Part shown: positions 13,600 to 25,489 of the stretch, in pieces
How the letters are laid out: every line of letters starts with the position of its first letter
How positions within the stretch are numbered: the stretch's first letter is position 1
Source: Camelus ferus
Lineage: Eukaryota
Direction: 5' to 3'
Assembly: GCF_009834535.1 (NCBI RefSeq)
Contig: NC_045696.1
Location: forward strand, 8,372,001-8,436,000
DNA length: 64,000 nt
Program-made: the position numbers and the translations under genes
The notes under the pieces: generated by a model
Seen by the model: the letters and a program-made list of their open reading frames with translations, nothing else
Told to the model about the DNA's origin: nothing
Database searches by the model: none

Positions 13600-13812
13600 G
13601 CAGCTACAGTATGCTAGGCATTCCATCAGGGGCTGTATATGTTTTACTTAGCCCTCAAAAAGGTCCTGCAAGATAGTTACTACAATCCCATTTGATAGTT
13701 GAGGTGTCCAAGGTGCAGAGAGGTCACCTAGTTTGTTATAATTTGTACTATTTGCAAGTGGCAGAGCTGGGACTAGAATTCACTTCCTTATGACCCCAGA
13801 GTCAGACACTCT
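13600..13812 (-). mobile_element. MIR SINE
   Basis: ATCCCATTTGATAGTTGAGG..CAGAGAGG..CAAGTGGCAGAGCTGGGACTAGAA. Confidence 0.7.
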
Positions 13813-15132
13813 CCTGCTTCCTTCTTGAAGATGACCATTCTCTAGACAGGCAGGACCCACGGGCCTAACCCCTTCGGCACTGGGTTCTCATGAGAGCTAA
13901 CCACCTCTGCTCTGCATCCCATTTACTCACCTGAGAGGTTTACCTTTCAGTTCTATTACGTTTCAGATGAAGCTGGCCAAATTGCCAGCTTCTAAAGAGA
14001 GATCAGAGCAGACACGTTCTCTGGGCTGCCCTTTGGGGAAACCCAGAGCCTTTCAGTGTGTCTGCAGTGTTTGCATCCCAGAAAAGGTTTGAATTTGTTA
14101 AGACCATGCACCTCGTGGAATTTAAAAGAGGTTCAGTTTAACACAGGCCGTGTTTTTCTTGTTTTTACGGGAGCCTGGCCCTCAGAAACCTTTCTCCCAG
14201 TCACTCATGGGCTTAGTTACCCTGTGATAGCTGCCACTTTACTCCTCTGATGCTGGGTAGCTGCCTGTGGAGACTTCTCCGGTGCTGTCCAAGCCCCCTG
14301 AGAGCCACTGCCGCCCCTAGGAGCGAGGGTCACCTCCCCTCCCAGCTGCCCTCCCTTGGGTGCCATCTCTTCTGCTTGTGCGGATGATACGGCAGGGCCC
14401 TCAGGAGCTGTATCTGTGTGGTCTTCTGCGGGGAGATATCCTCTTTCAGCTAGTCTTATACTTCCTGAAAGGTAGGGAGGTGAGCAGAGGGGTCTTGCTT
14501 TAGATATTTTTAGTGAAAGATAACCTCTGCTTTCAGTTGCAGTCTCTGTACATGGTGGGCTGGGCGGGGCTGGGCTCAGTCCAAGCACCAAGGTTTATTC
14601 AGAATCATTTCTCACTGATGACTGAGAGTTCCTTATTGGGCCGTGTCCTTCCAGGAAGCGCTCCGGTTGCTCATTAACATAGATTCCTGGTGACCCAGCA
14701 TCCCTACCACCTGTGCTTTAGTCATAGCCAGATGTTCTCTCTGCGTTGGGATCCAGGGACAGCAAAAAGGATACGATTAATTGTTTTCTGTGCCGAGGAA
14801 GAGGTGATGGCCGTAGCAGTTGGTGATATTACTAGAAGTCTTGTTTGGCAATGTATGTAGCTGATTACCTAGACCGCTCTGCCTCTGTTTAATCTCATCT
14901 TGTGCAAAAAAGCCATTACCTGCATATGTGGCAATGGAAAACTTGAGAAGGAGGTCATGTGAACGCGGAGCTGCTAATCAGATAAGCCGGGAGGAGAAGT
15001 CCCAGGAAAGAACGCCCTGTTCCACTGTAAACAGAATCACAGGTTACCTGGAGTCTCTGTGTCTGTTTATTAATTGTGTTAGCTCATAATTTGGGTCCCA
15101 GTTCAGTTCATTTCACTTCTTATAAGTTTGTT

Positions 15133-15173
15133 TGTCTTCCTCCTCTTGTCTGATGTCTTCCTCCTCTTGTCTG
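15133..15173. repeat. 21-bp-period tandem duplication
   Basis: TGTCTTCCTCCTCTTGTCTG occurs at 15133 and again at 15154. Confidence 0.93.
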
Positions 15174-16327
15174 GCTGGAATGGTAAAGTTCTTGTGGGAC
15201 AGGCCAGTCCCAGTTTAATGAGCTTGGTCAGAAGCCAACATCTTGCTCAAGCTTGAGAATCAAACTAATATGAAAATGCAATCTAGGAAGATCTGAGGCT
15301 GCAAACATGAGAGCCCTTGGCAAAGAAAAATGTAGGAACTGATCTTTATTCGATACTTAGCATGGCATCCACAGTCACAGCCCTGTCTTGGACCACTATC
15401 ATGTAGTGGAGAAAACACCCTTTGCATGTGCGTTGGATGTTCGCGGCCATAGGAGAGCCGTGCACTGGTGTCTAAATGGCTGCAGAATGACCAACTTGCT
15501 CCTGGTGCTTAACTCCTTTCTTGTTGTGTTGATAAAGTGATGGAGGAAATTGAGGATTCTTACATCAATAAGGAAAAGGTTCAGACCAGGATCCTCTCCT
15601 TTTAGGCAGTCTGGTGAACTATGTCCTCACACACAAGCCAACCAACATTTATTTGAAAATCTCTCATTTCAAATCTAACGCCCTGCCTGTGGGTGCACTC
15701 TGGTAGCCAGAGGTCAGGAGACTCTCGGCACCCTTTCCCTAAGTGCACTTGGCATTTAGATTGGGGCGGATCTTACCCACGTTCTTCTCCACTTCCTGTC
15801 TTTCCTCATCCAGAACCACATGGCATTGCTTACTTATTTCATTGGTACTTTTAGAAATATTTTGAATAAGCCATTTCCCCCTCCAATGGAAAACCTTTTT
15901 CTATTCAGAAGATGAGTTTTAAAGGTGCTGAAGTCTGGCTTAACATCTTTTGTCAGAGTCCTCTTGGAAAGATGAAATTAATATTCCATAAGGTAAAAAA
16001 GAAAAAGACTTGAATTTGTTATCCGTTTGTGTCCAGTCAGTCTCTGGGGATCTCATGGGTCAATGGACATACAGTCAATGGGTAATGGGATTAGAAGTCT
16101 TCAGCCACACAACTTTCTAGCTCTAATCCAAGCTCTTCATTCTGTTGATGAATAAGGGCTTGAATAAAGTTTAGAATCCAGCTGTTCTGACTCATGGTCA
16201 AGGTCACTACCTGCTATATCAGGGGTCCCCAAATGGCAATGATCTTAATTACCTGGGTGCTTATTAACCATGCAGATTCCTGGGCCACCTCTATGAGATT
16301 CTAATTTTAATAAATACTCTGAGTCAA

Positions 16328-16630
16328 CACTGTACAGTCAAGATATAATGTGACTGTGTAACTTAATTTTTTTTAGTGGTCACATTAAAACAATAAAAAG
16401 AAACAAGTGATATTTTAGTAACATTTTATTTAATTCAATATAGCCAGTTTATTATTATAACATATATAATTGATCTAGAAAGTTATTAATGAGTTATCTG
16501 ACATTTTTGGGTACTGAATCTTTGAAATTTGGTGTGTATTTTATACCTATAGCATATCTTACTTTGGGCTAGTCAGATTTCATGTGTCAAAAGCCACAAG
16601 GGGCTAGTGGCCGTTGTATAGGACAGTGCA
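16328..16630. mobile_element. hAT-Charlie MITE (MER33-like), preceded by a MER5-like piece (~16220-16310)
   Basis: TAGTGGTCACATTAAAACAATAAAAAGAAACAAGTGA..GGTGTGTATTTTATAC..GGCTAGTGGCCGTTGTATAGGACAGTGCAG. Confidence 0.75.
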
Positions 16631-17502
16631 GGTGGATAACCACTCCTTCCCCAAAAGGCATGAGCTGCCAGCAAAGTAAGGCCCCCCCCATTGCTCGATG
16701 CATTCAGGCATCTAGTGTTAAGTTCAAAATCCAAGTGCTGCACCAGGCGGACCTTGTTGAACTTTGTGGGCTACAGCACATTTGTAGACAGGGATGTGTT
16801 TACACAGCAAATATGCAGGAAACCATTGGCCGTCGGATGACACAGACATCTTGAAGCCACACGCTACTCACGTACCTCTGATCATGTGCGTTTGCACGTG
16901 TAGACGATTGTGCAAGCCCTGGGAACTATATGTACTGAAGGCACCGGCAGCCAGGGAAGGGTTTCTGTGGAATTTTCAACCCGAAGCAGCTGAAAGTTTT
17001 TCCAATTTAATCTGTAAAGGCAGTTGGGGGATTTTTGCACATGAATCAACTTGTTTGGCTTGACAAACCTTCTCTGTGCTCTGTCCCTGTCTCAGTCTCA
17101 GCCTCACAACGGGGCTCTGTGTGTAAATTCACGGAGAGGGGGAACGGCTGGAAGGGGGTGCATTGAAGTTCAAGGTAAACTTTTCTGAAACATGCAGCCC
17201 TGGGAGGCCAGGGTGGAAACACAGGAAGGGTCCCTTCTCTGAGTTTCCACTCTCCATGAATTTAAAAAGGTTTTTCAAAAGGTTGGGGGTAGGAAAAATT
17301 GGAATTCTAGCTAATTAAGTAGATGCACCCGTGATAGGACTTACATTTCTGTATGTGTGTTACTGTAATGAATTAACGTCATTAGAAATGAATTCATTTG
17401 TTTAAACCTGAGTTTCACCATTCTTTTTCATCTATTTTATGCTTCATAAGATTTTTTTAATTAAAGAAAGAAAGAAAAAGAACCATCAGAAGAAACTAAG
17501 GC

Positions 17503-17715
17503 AGGGAGGGTATAGCTCAGGGGTAGAATGTGTGCTTAGCATGCATGAGGTCCTGGGTTCAATTCTCAGCACCTCCCATAAAATAGATAAATAAATAAAT
17601 AAACCTAATTACCTCCCCCCCCCAACCAAAACTTAAAAAAAAACCCCAAAAAACCCAAAACCAAATAAAAATAAATGAAATATTTTTAAAAAATTTAAAA
17701 ATTAAAAAAAAAGGA
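17503..17715 (+). mobile_element. tRNA-Ala-derived SINE (camelid Vic-1-like)
   Basis: GGGAGGGTATAGCTCAGGGGTAGAATGTGTGCTTAGCATGCATGAGGTCCTGGGTTCAATTCTCAGCACCTCC head, then (AAAT)n, AAACCTAATTACCTCCCC and an A-rich tail. Confidence 0.9.
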
Positions 17716-17879
17716 AACTTGGTATTTTGTGGCGTGGTTTGTGCTTGGATGGGTGTCGCTTCGTGCTGGGTTGCCACTTCAGTGGCGTCTGCTTGTGGGG
17801 CCTCGGGTGATGCTGGAGAGTGAAAGAGGCTGAGATCTCAGAGTACCGGCAAGCAATAACAATTTCATAGGAAGAGCAA

Positions 17880-18085
17880 CAACCAACATTCACCAAGCAA
17901 CGATCAGGTCTCGGACCTCCGATATGGATGAACTCATTTAATTCTAGCGACACCCCTAGAAGTAGGCACTGGTGTTTGTCCTCACGTTACCATGGAGGAA
18001 ACGGGCACAGGGAAGTTAGCTGCTTTGCCCAGTCACCGAGCTGGCAAGGAGCAGAGCTGGGGTTAAACTAAGCTGGATCCTTAGT
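17880..18085 (-). mobile_element. MIR SINE
   Basis: AACTCATTTAATTCT..ATGGAGGAAACGGGCACAGGGAAGTTAG..TTGCCCAGTCAC. Confidence 0.75.
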
Positions 18086-18086
18086 G

Positions 18087-18435
18087 TGAGCTGGCCTTGA
18101 GATGAGTTAAGGCCGTGGGACCCAAGGCCACGATTACAGCATGTTTGAAGTATGAAGTAAATAGTGATTGTACGCATGCACCTGTTACGTAACTTTTAGA
18201 ACAAAGAAATAGAAGTACGCATGCACTTACTGATGTTTCTGTAAGCCTCATGAACAAAGAAGACGGCACTGTGCAAGTGTAAGCAGAGAACAGATTAAAA
18301 AGCAGGACAGGTGCATCATGGGTGCACACCACCTTGGGGAAATAGAATAAAGTGCTGTAAACTCCATGTTCGCTCGGGTGAAGTCTGTTTTGCGGTATGG
18401 CAGCTCCTCGGGCATTTTTTCGGTTGGGCTGCTCA
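18087..18435 (+). mobile_element. Candidate short solo LTR of unassigned family
   Basis: Termini TGAGC..GCTCA, duplicated U3-like modules, TATA-like GATTAAAA (~18293) and AATAAA (~18346). No TSD found. Confidence 0.45.
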
Positions 18436-19393
18436 CCTCCTAGAATCCCACTTCAGCCGCCCTCGGCTGACACTTGGTTCTAACCCAAAGCCACACCTGT
18501 TCTGCTCGGAGGACTCCATAAATGGCCTCCTGCTAACTTTCCACCAAAGCAGGAATTCCTCTGACCTTCCAGCCAGCGGGTCATCCAGCCCTTGTTTGAA
18601 TGCATCAGGCAACAGGGAGCTCATTACTTTGTTGGCAGCTCATGCCTTTTATGATGAGTAAATTCTTCTTTATATGAAATCTAAAATTTGATCTACCCCA
18701 ATGTTCCTGGGGTAGAGACTTCTTAGAGCTACAATAAGATAGAATTAAACATGATGGGACATATCTCATGTCATTGGAGATTAATTACTTTCGAAAAAAA
18801 ATAGTTACAAGGATACCAGTTGTTTCGATCTTTCTCATCTGCCTTTTGCTGCAGCCATGGAACTGCTTCCTCCGTGACCTGTTACGTATCTCAGGAGGTC
18901 CCACCTCCATACCTTTGCTCATGCTGCCTGGAATGGCCTCCCATCCACCTGTTCATAGCCAAATGCTGTTCCCTCTTTGAGCCTACTTCTCCCTGCCATG
19001 CAGTCTTCTTTGGAAAGGGAAGAAGCTGTTACCAACGAGCACTGAATGATTGTTTACCTAAGAGGGATTAAAAAAACCAGGAGGTGATTTCCCTCCTCTA
19101 GACCTAGAGACAGTGTCACAGCTGTTTGAGCATCGTGTCATGTTGGAGGGTGACTAGACGTCCTTCATAGCCACGTGACTTTGGGCAAACCTTTTAACCT
19201 CGGGGGCTGGCTTCCCCACCAGCAGAATGAAGAGCTTGAATCAAAGGGTATCGCCTATCAAGGTGTGCCTTCCTGCCCACCCTGGTCAGCTTTTAAAAAG
19301 TGCCCGTGGTAGGAGTGCTCTGTTGGACTGCAAGAATTGGCAACCCCACTGTGAATGGAATTCTCTGAGCCTGTGTGAGGGAGACTGAGGGCT

Positions 19394-19693
19394 GCTGCCC
19401 CAATGATGAAGTAGGAAGGATATTTTTAGAATATGCGAAGATTGAATCAGCCATTAATGCTTTTGTTGATCTGAATGGGTGATATTTTGGTGGATGCGTA
19501 GTAAAAGCATGCTTCCACCCTTTGGATAAATTCGGGGTCTTGGATTTGGCAGAACAAATTTGACTTTAAGAACTAGAGCATGAGTCATCTCCAATGATCC
19601 TTAAATGAGCTGCAGGCTGAGCAAAGGTGAACGAGGCAACAGCCAGCCTCCATGGCTGGTGCTCAGGAGACTCTTGGCAGATTGGATAATAAA
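19394..19693 (+). pseudogene. RBM17: 5'-truncated processed pseudogene fragment of RBM17 (SPF45): C-terminal UHM/RRM plus start of 3'UTR
   Basis: 19399-19563 translates PNDEVGRIFLEYAKIESAINAFVDLNG*YFGGCVVKACFHPLDKFGVLDLAEQI*, which aligns to the RBM17 C-terminus as I recall it (PDDEAVRIFLEFERVESAIKAVVDLNGRYFGGRVVKACFYNLDKFRVLDLAEQV*). In-frame TGA at 19480-19482, native stop at 19561-19563, no intron. The 3' boundary is approximate. Confidence 0.93.
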
Positions 19694-20801
19694 GCAGGAG
19701 CCTACAATATGCAAATGGAAATGACAAAACAGCTTTTCGGTTTTGAGAGTGCTCGGACTGTCTTACTAGAAACATGGAGGCAGCCCAGCATCCCGGGTTT
19801 CCCCACTTGGGAATTTATACTCTGCCAAGCCGAGCACTGTGGTCTGAGCTGCCCTAAGCCCCGGGGTCTTTTCAGGCATCACCCTGCTGCTTTAGTTTTA
19901 ACCTTTTGGTACTTTAACATCCAGTCAGTTGTCATAGAGCCTCTGCTCCAATCTGATCTTGTCTCCCAGAGTGAAACGTGTAGTAGAGCCGCCTGGAAGA
20001 GAGACACCAATGGGAACAACAGTGGCAGAAACCAGGGGAGGCTCCCTTCCAAATGGGGTGGGTCCCACAGCCCAAGCCAGGGCCCAGCAGCCAAAATCAC
20101 CCGTCTCCCTTTCCCCTCCCCACTGCCTCCCTGTGCTCATCCTCCTGGACTCCAGATGGCCCTGGATGAGACAGAGGACAGGTGCAGTAAGTAGCCGCTT
20201 TCAAGAGGAACAATTTACATTTTCTCTGCCGGTGTCTGTGTTTCCCTCTATGAACCCTTGAATGGCCTGAGTTCCAGTCTCCTGTGGGCGAGATGAGGTG
20301 CAGCTCAGGGGCCTGCTTTGGAAAATTAAGGGCATTCCAGAAGCCCCAGGACTGGTGTCTTGCCTGGTTGACATTTGTTTCTTGGGGATTCTTGACTGTT
20401 CCCCATTACCGTGAAAATGCTCTTTGAGAACAAGTCAGGGGTTCTCATAACCCCTTTGAACCTGCTGAGAACAGCCAGCCGCCTTGATGAACTGCTTGAT
20501 AAAGGCGATGAGCAGGTGCTTATGACCGCTGGAGATGCTTCCTAGGCTGTGACTGAGGACAGGCCGAGGAGGGAGAGGGATACTGTGCTCCCAAGGGGAC
20601 TGTGCCTTTGCAGGGTGAGTGCCCTGCCACAGTGTGTCATGTGGCAGGGAGGAGCCCACGTACCTGCCGGGGCAGAGGCCAGCTTCCCTGTTAGCTGTGT
20701 GACCTTGAGCTACTTAACCTCTCTGGTCTCAGATTCCTATTCTGTATAATAAAGAAAGTGATAGTTCCTACCAGGGTGTTGTCATGATTAAGTGGGTGAG
20801 T

Positions 20802-20920
20802 GAGGAAGGGTATAGCTCAGTGGTAGAGCGTGTGCTTAGCATGCACACGGTCCTGGGTTCAATCCCCAGTACCTCCATTAAAAAATAAATAAATAAACAC
20901 ACAAACCTAATTATCCCCAA
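20802..20920 (+). mobile_element. tRNA-Ala-derived SINE (Vic-1-like), adjoining a MIR
   Basis: GGGTATAGCTCAGTGGTAGAGCGTGTGCTTAGCATGCACACGGTCCTGGGTTCAATCCCCAGTACCTCCA followed by the family tail (AAAT)n..AAACCTAATTATCCCC. Confidence 0.9.
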
Positions 20921-21707
20921 TGAAGGCTGTATTGTGTAATTCCACTACTCCTCAAGTTTTGTGCATTTCTAGTAATTATCAGTACCTAGAATTTAAAATC
21001 TCATGCTGGCATTTCCTTTTTTAAAAACACCTTTATTGTGGTGTGGTTCCTGAACAGTAAACTACACATGTTTCAGATGTTCAATCTGATGAATTTTCAT
21101 AGATGTTTATATACTACACACCTATTTTTGACAGATATTTCTAGGCTTCATTTTTGTTTTTCTTCCCTGACACCTAGAAATGCCCCTGTGTCCTTTCATG
21201 TTTCTGTACCGTCACCTCCACTGGTTTCTCTGCCTGGGAGCCTGTCCCGGCGCCCCCGCCATCTGGTGAGCCAGTGATCTCACCACGTGATGTGTTCCTG
21301 GGGCTTCCTTCTCCCACATGCGTCTTCTCCTCAGGTTGAACCTATGATCCCCTCTCTTCTATTCTGTCATCCAAACAGATGTCAATTCCTCGAGAACAGA
21401 ACATCCTGATCAGTCTTCAGGAGACTTGATGTGAGTTCAGTGTTTGGTGCATAGAAGGATTAAAGAAGTATTTCTTGAATGAGTGTGCCCACCCAGCCGA
21501 ATTCGTTCTTGTTGCTGGAGGTCTGTGTGGATAGATTGCCTGGATCCCATGATAGTACTGCCAGGACATCACCAATGAGCAGTTTCTTTTGTCATTTGAT
21601 GCCCACCTAGGATGGCAGAATGCAAGCACGTGTTCACATGTTTCGTATACCAAAGAGGCCCGTGGTAGGTGAAAATCTGGGGAAAACCCAAAGCACACAA
21701 TGAAATA

Positions 21708-21776
21708 CAAAAAAAAAAAAAAGAAAAGAAAAGAAAAAAAAAGAAACAAAGAAAAAAAGAAAGAAAAGAAAAGAAG
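21708..21776. repeat. A-rich (AAAAG)n low-complexity tract
   Basis: Read directly from the sequence. Confidence 0.9.
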
Positions 21777-23274
21777 CCTAGGAAAATATATGTGAGCAAT
21801 GAAGTTCACATTCTTGAACTGCTTCTTCTTTTTTAAAAAATTGAAACATCTCCAAAGAGTACAGCCTTAAGAAACTTGGCCCAGGTGTATTTAATTTTCC
21901 AGAACACTATATGATGATTATCATCTGGGAGCGTGAATTCTTAACCCTTAGAGGCCAACACCTACTGTTTGTTAACCACCCTGAAAGCTTTAGGATTTTT
22001 GCCAAGGCAAGAAAATGTCTGGGGGTAAAGATCAAGGTTCAGTAAACTTAAAAGAAAAAACAAGGTCTAGGTTGGCTTGGAGCTGGTTCAAGGAGTGGAG
22101 ATGGAGCAACACAGGTGAGGTCTTCGGAAGGGGTAGGAGAACTTTGGATGCGTGACACCTTGTGTGTTTCATGGGATTAGGTTCTTGAACATGTTCTCAG
22201 TCATTGGATCTGGGGCAAGAGAAGCCAGCCACGTATTTATTTTTTACTTTAATTTAAAGCTTGAGTTTAGAATGCTATTGTTCTGTTGGAATGCAGGTTC
22301 AAAATATCACGCATATTGCTTTAAAGTTGAAGTTTTTAAAGGAAACAAAGAAACTTTCAGCTCTAGAACTGACTGATATCTTTTGGGGGAGGGTGCCCGT
22401 CTTTCTGCAGGACGGGTCTGTCCTTGCACAGTTAGATTTTCAGTTCCCTCAAGATGCATCATGAAAGCTTAATTTTAAATGTAGATTCACATATGAGATC
22501 AATGCTCACGTCTTTTTTTTTTTTTAAGTGAATGCATAATTATCAAAACACAAAAAGCACATAGAGTCCTTTTAGCATTTAGGCAAACATCTTCTGGCAG
22601 CTCACAGCCCGGACACAGACCTAGTCGCTGTTCTCAGCCGAGGAATTCTGTGTTGTCGGGCAGGACACACCTCTTCCCATCTTCCTTCTGAAACAAGATG
22701 TGGTTTTTGCAACACGTCACAAAACCCGTGTCTAGTCTCACTTCCTCAGACATCTTGAGGAAAGGCGGAGGATTGTGTTTTTCCCCAATAGTTGGAAATT
22801 TCCAGTAGTGGTTCAGATGGTAGAGGGGCTACATAATTTGTAAAAGATGTAAAATGCATGAATATTTGTGAAAATCTCCTGATTCATTTTGCAAAACTAT
22901 AATAGGCCATATTTCTGTTTGATATTCTCTGGCACATCTATATTTTTTCCTGCAAGCTCTAGAATGTTTTGTGTCCTTCTTTCTTTCACTCATCACCGCC
23001 CCCATCATTGACCCTCCATTTGAAACCCAAGATTCTCAGGGTGATTCTCAGAGAGGAAGATGCCCAAGTATGTGTATCCCTTCTTCCTACAGAATTTGCT
23101 AGACGTGCCCCAGGCCAGGATCTTTGGAGCATTTCTAGAAGACTCTGACCTGGGGCACAGGAGCCCGTCTGCCCTCCCCTAGTCAGGCCCTGGGATTTTG
23201 TCCTACTGTACTCTTTTTAAGGTTACACTTAAGCCTCTCATACGCTCCTGTTAGATGTGTCATATAGCTTTTCA

Positions 23275-23830
23275 CATTCATCCGTTTCATCATTCATTCA
23301 GCACCTATTTACCCAAGTGCCTACTTTTCGCCAGGCACCACTGGTCTTTGTGGTCAGGATGTAGTGATAAACAAAGCAGACACAGCCCGTGTGTCATTGG
23401 GCCCACAGGCCCCTAGAGGAGCAGTCACAGCAGTGAAGGGGATCAGTGCAGACTGAAAGGAGGGCAGTGGGGAAAGAGACATGGTTCCGCGGACATGCAG
23501 AGCCACACAGAACCACAGTGGAACCAACGGATCTGACCAAGACGATTTCTCAGGCAGCAATTTTTGAGCGGAGAGTTGAAGGGCAAGGAGGAATTGTCCA
23601 GATGGAGGTGGGGTCAGGTGAAAAAGAGTGAGAGCGAGAAGGGCATGGAGTGGGATATATCTGAAGGGAGGACCTGGCTGGAGCTCAGAGTAGGGAACAG
23701 TCTGTGAGGTCAGATCGTGGTGCGTGCTCTAGGCCACGCTCAGTGCTTCCTCCTTTACCTGGACGGTGGGAAGCCAAGGAGGAATCTAAGGTGGGATGTT
23801 GAGTTTTGAGATCGTTCTGGAAACCATGGG
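23275..23830 (-). mobile_element. L2 3' region
   Basis: CATTCATTCAGCACCTATTTACCCAAGTGCCTAC..GCCAGGCAC, followed by purine-rich L2 body. Confidence 0.75.
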
Positions 23831-25014
23831 GATGAGACAGGGCAGGGTCAGGGAGGATGCCTGATGCTCTCAGAGGATGCAGAGCTAGTAAATGGCAGGA
23901 TAAGGGTTTGAAGTGAGTTGTTCCTGCCTCCGAAGTCAGTGACCTTCAGCGGGCATGGGCTCACTTTTGGGGACTTGACACTTATTTTATTACTTATTTT
24001 CTTTTGCCCCATAGGTATTTCACTCTCTTCTTAGAACTAGACCCTTTGAATGAGCCTTTTTTCCATTCTTGCTTTATTTAAACCAAGTGTGGACCAGCCA
24101 CCTGAAGAATAGGGTTTTGAAGGTGGTTTGTCAACCCACTACCCCCATCCTCTTTCTTGTTGTATGTCTGTAAATTGTTTTGAAGATAAAACCCACTATA
24201 TGAATGTCAGCTGTCATTGACTTCATCCAAAACCATGAAAGAAGTGGCTGGTTGGAGATGAGTGAGGTTTTGTCTTTGAAAGACTGAATTTTTGTTTCTT
24301 AGCTGACATATATGGAGCCAGAACTCTTTTCATGGTGAGAAAGATAAATCCCTTGACACTGAAAAATGAATTTGAGGGTCGGTTGTTTGGAGAGGGTAGC
24401 TATTGTGCTGGCTCCTAGTCTTAGGGGTGGCAGAGCGTGAAAAGACAGAGGAAAAAGAGAGACAGAGAGAGAGAGAGGGAGGTGTTCTTCAGATGTTTGT
24501 TTTAGTTGGGAAATAGGGACATTTTGTATGCGGAATCTGATATTTACCATACATGGTGCTTTTTGCCCAGAAGGCTCTCAGAAGAATGCATTCTTATTTT
24601 TCTCCCTTGTCCACACCCACCAATGCTAATCAACACCACTTGGGTGATTCTGGAAGCTAGTCTAAACCAGCTACACTACTTAATAGTTGTGGGGATGGAG
24701 AGAAGAATGGTTTCTTCATTGAAAACTATTAGAGGAATTTATAGGCTGTCAGGGTGTAATTAGCCATGAAAGATATTGGCAAGGACATGAAACTGACATT
24801 CCTGTCTCATCCTTTAACCCTGCCTCTTTCCATAACTGGCACGTTTTCTCCACGTTCTGGCATTGTTGTCATGTTGTTCTGCTCTTTGAATCTCTGCCTC
24901 TGGCATGGTAGTTCTGAAGCCTACTATGCTGTCCTTCCATCTGTGTTTCTATGAGCTCTGTTAATTGCTTCTCCTCCAGATGGCTACTATATTTGTTTCT
25001 CTAACTGCCTTTAC

Positions 25015-25436
25015 CGTTAGAGCAGGCAGATAGCTAGATATAAGCAGAGAAAGGCAGGGCACCAGCCAGTGGTAGGAAGCCATGCATCTTGTGAACAATG
25101 GGGGTCCTCAGGAAAAAAGAAAAGAATTTCCAGACTGATAAGAAATCACACATTTTGGGGTGACAAGTGTCCTGGAGGCAGACAAAGATAGGTGGGAATA
25201 AGAAGGAATCTCTGGCATCCAAATGTAACCTCTTGCTCATTATGCCCTCAATACAATAAAATTAGTCTTGCAGGTAAGATGTACCCATCATGCACCACTC
25301 CCGATAAAGACTAACTAAGGCAAAAAATCCCTCCTCGTCTTGGGGAGGTGGAGCTGGGATGAAAACTGGGGACTATGACTCAAAACCCCTCCCTCCCCAA
25401 TGAATATTCCACCCATTCATTTTTATCCCCCTTGAC
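25015..25436 (+). mobile_element. ERV1-like LTR, U3 portion, 3'-truncated
   Basis: Starts GTTAGAGCAGGCAGATAGCTAGATATAAGCAG and contains CAATGAATATTCCACCC, motifs I associate with ERV LTR U3 regions. Confidence 0.6.
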
Positions 25437-25489
25437 AAAGAGTGCCTATTCTTAGCAGGCACTGAAATGAACGCTTTAGGAATAATAAT

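Noticed and set aside
20806..20877. Apparent tRNA-Ala(AGC) gene
   Set aside because: The acceptor stem is imperfect and it is followed by the SINE A-rich tail rather than a T-run terminator. Four diverged relatives occur in the window, so it is a SINE.
21417..21809. Hydrophobic F-rich ORFs resembling membrane peptides (also 63484-63693 and 53416-53747)
   Set aside because: They are translations of simple repeats.
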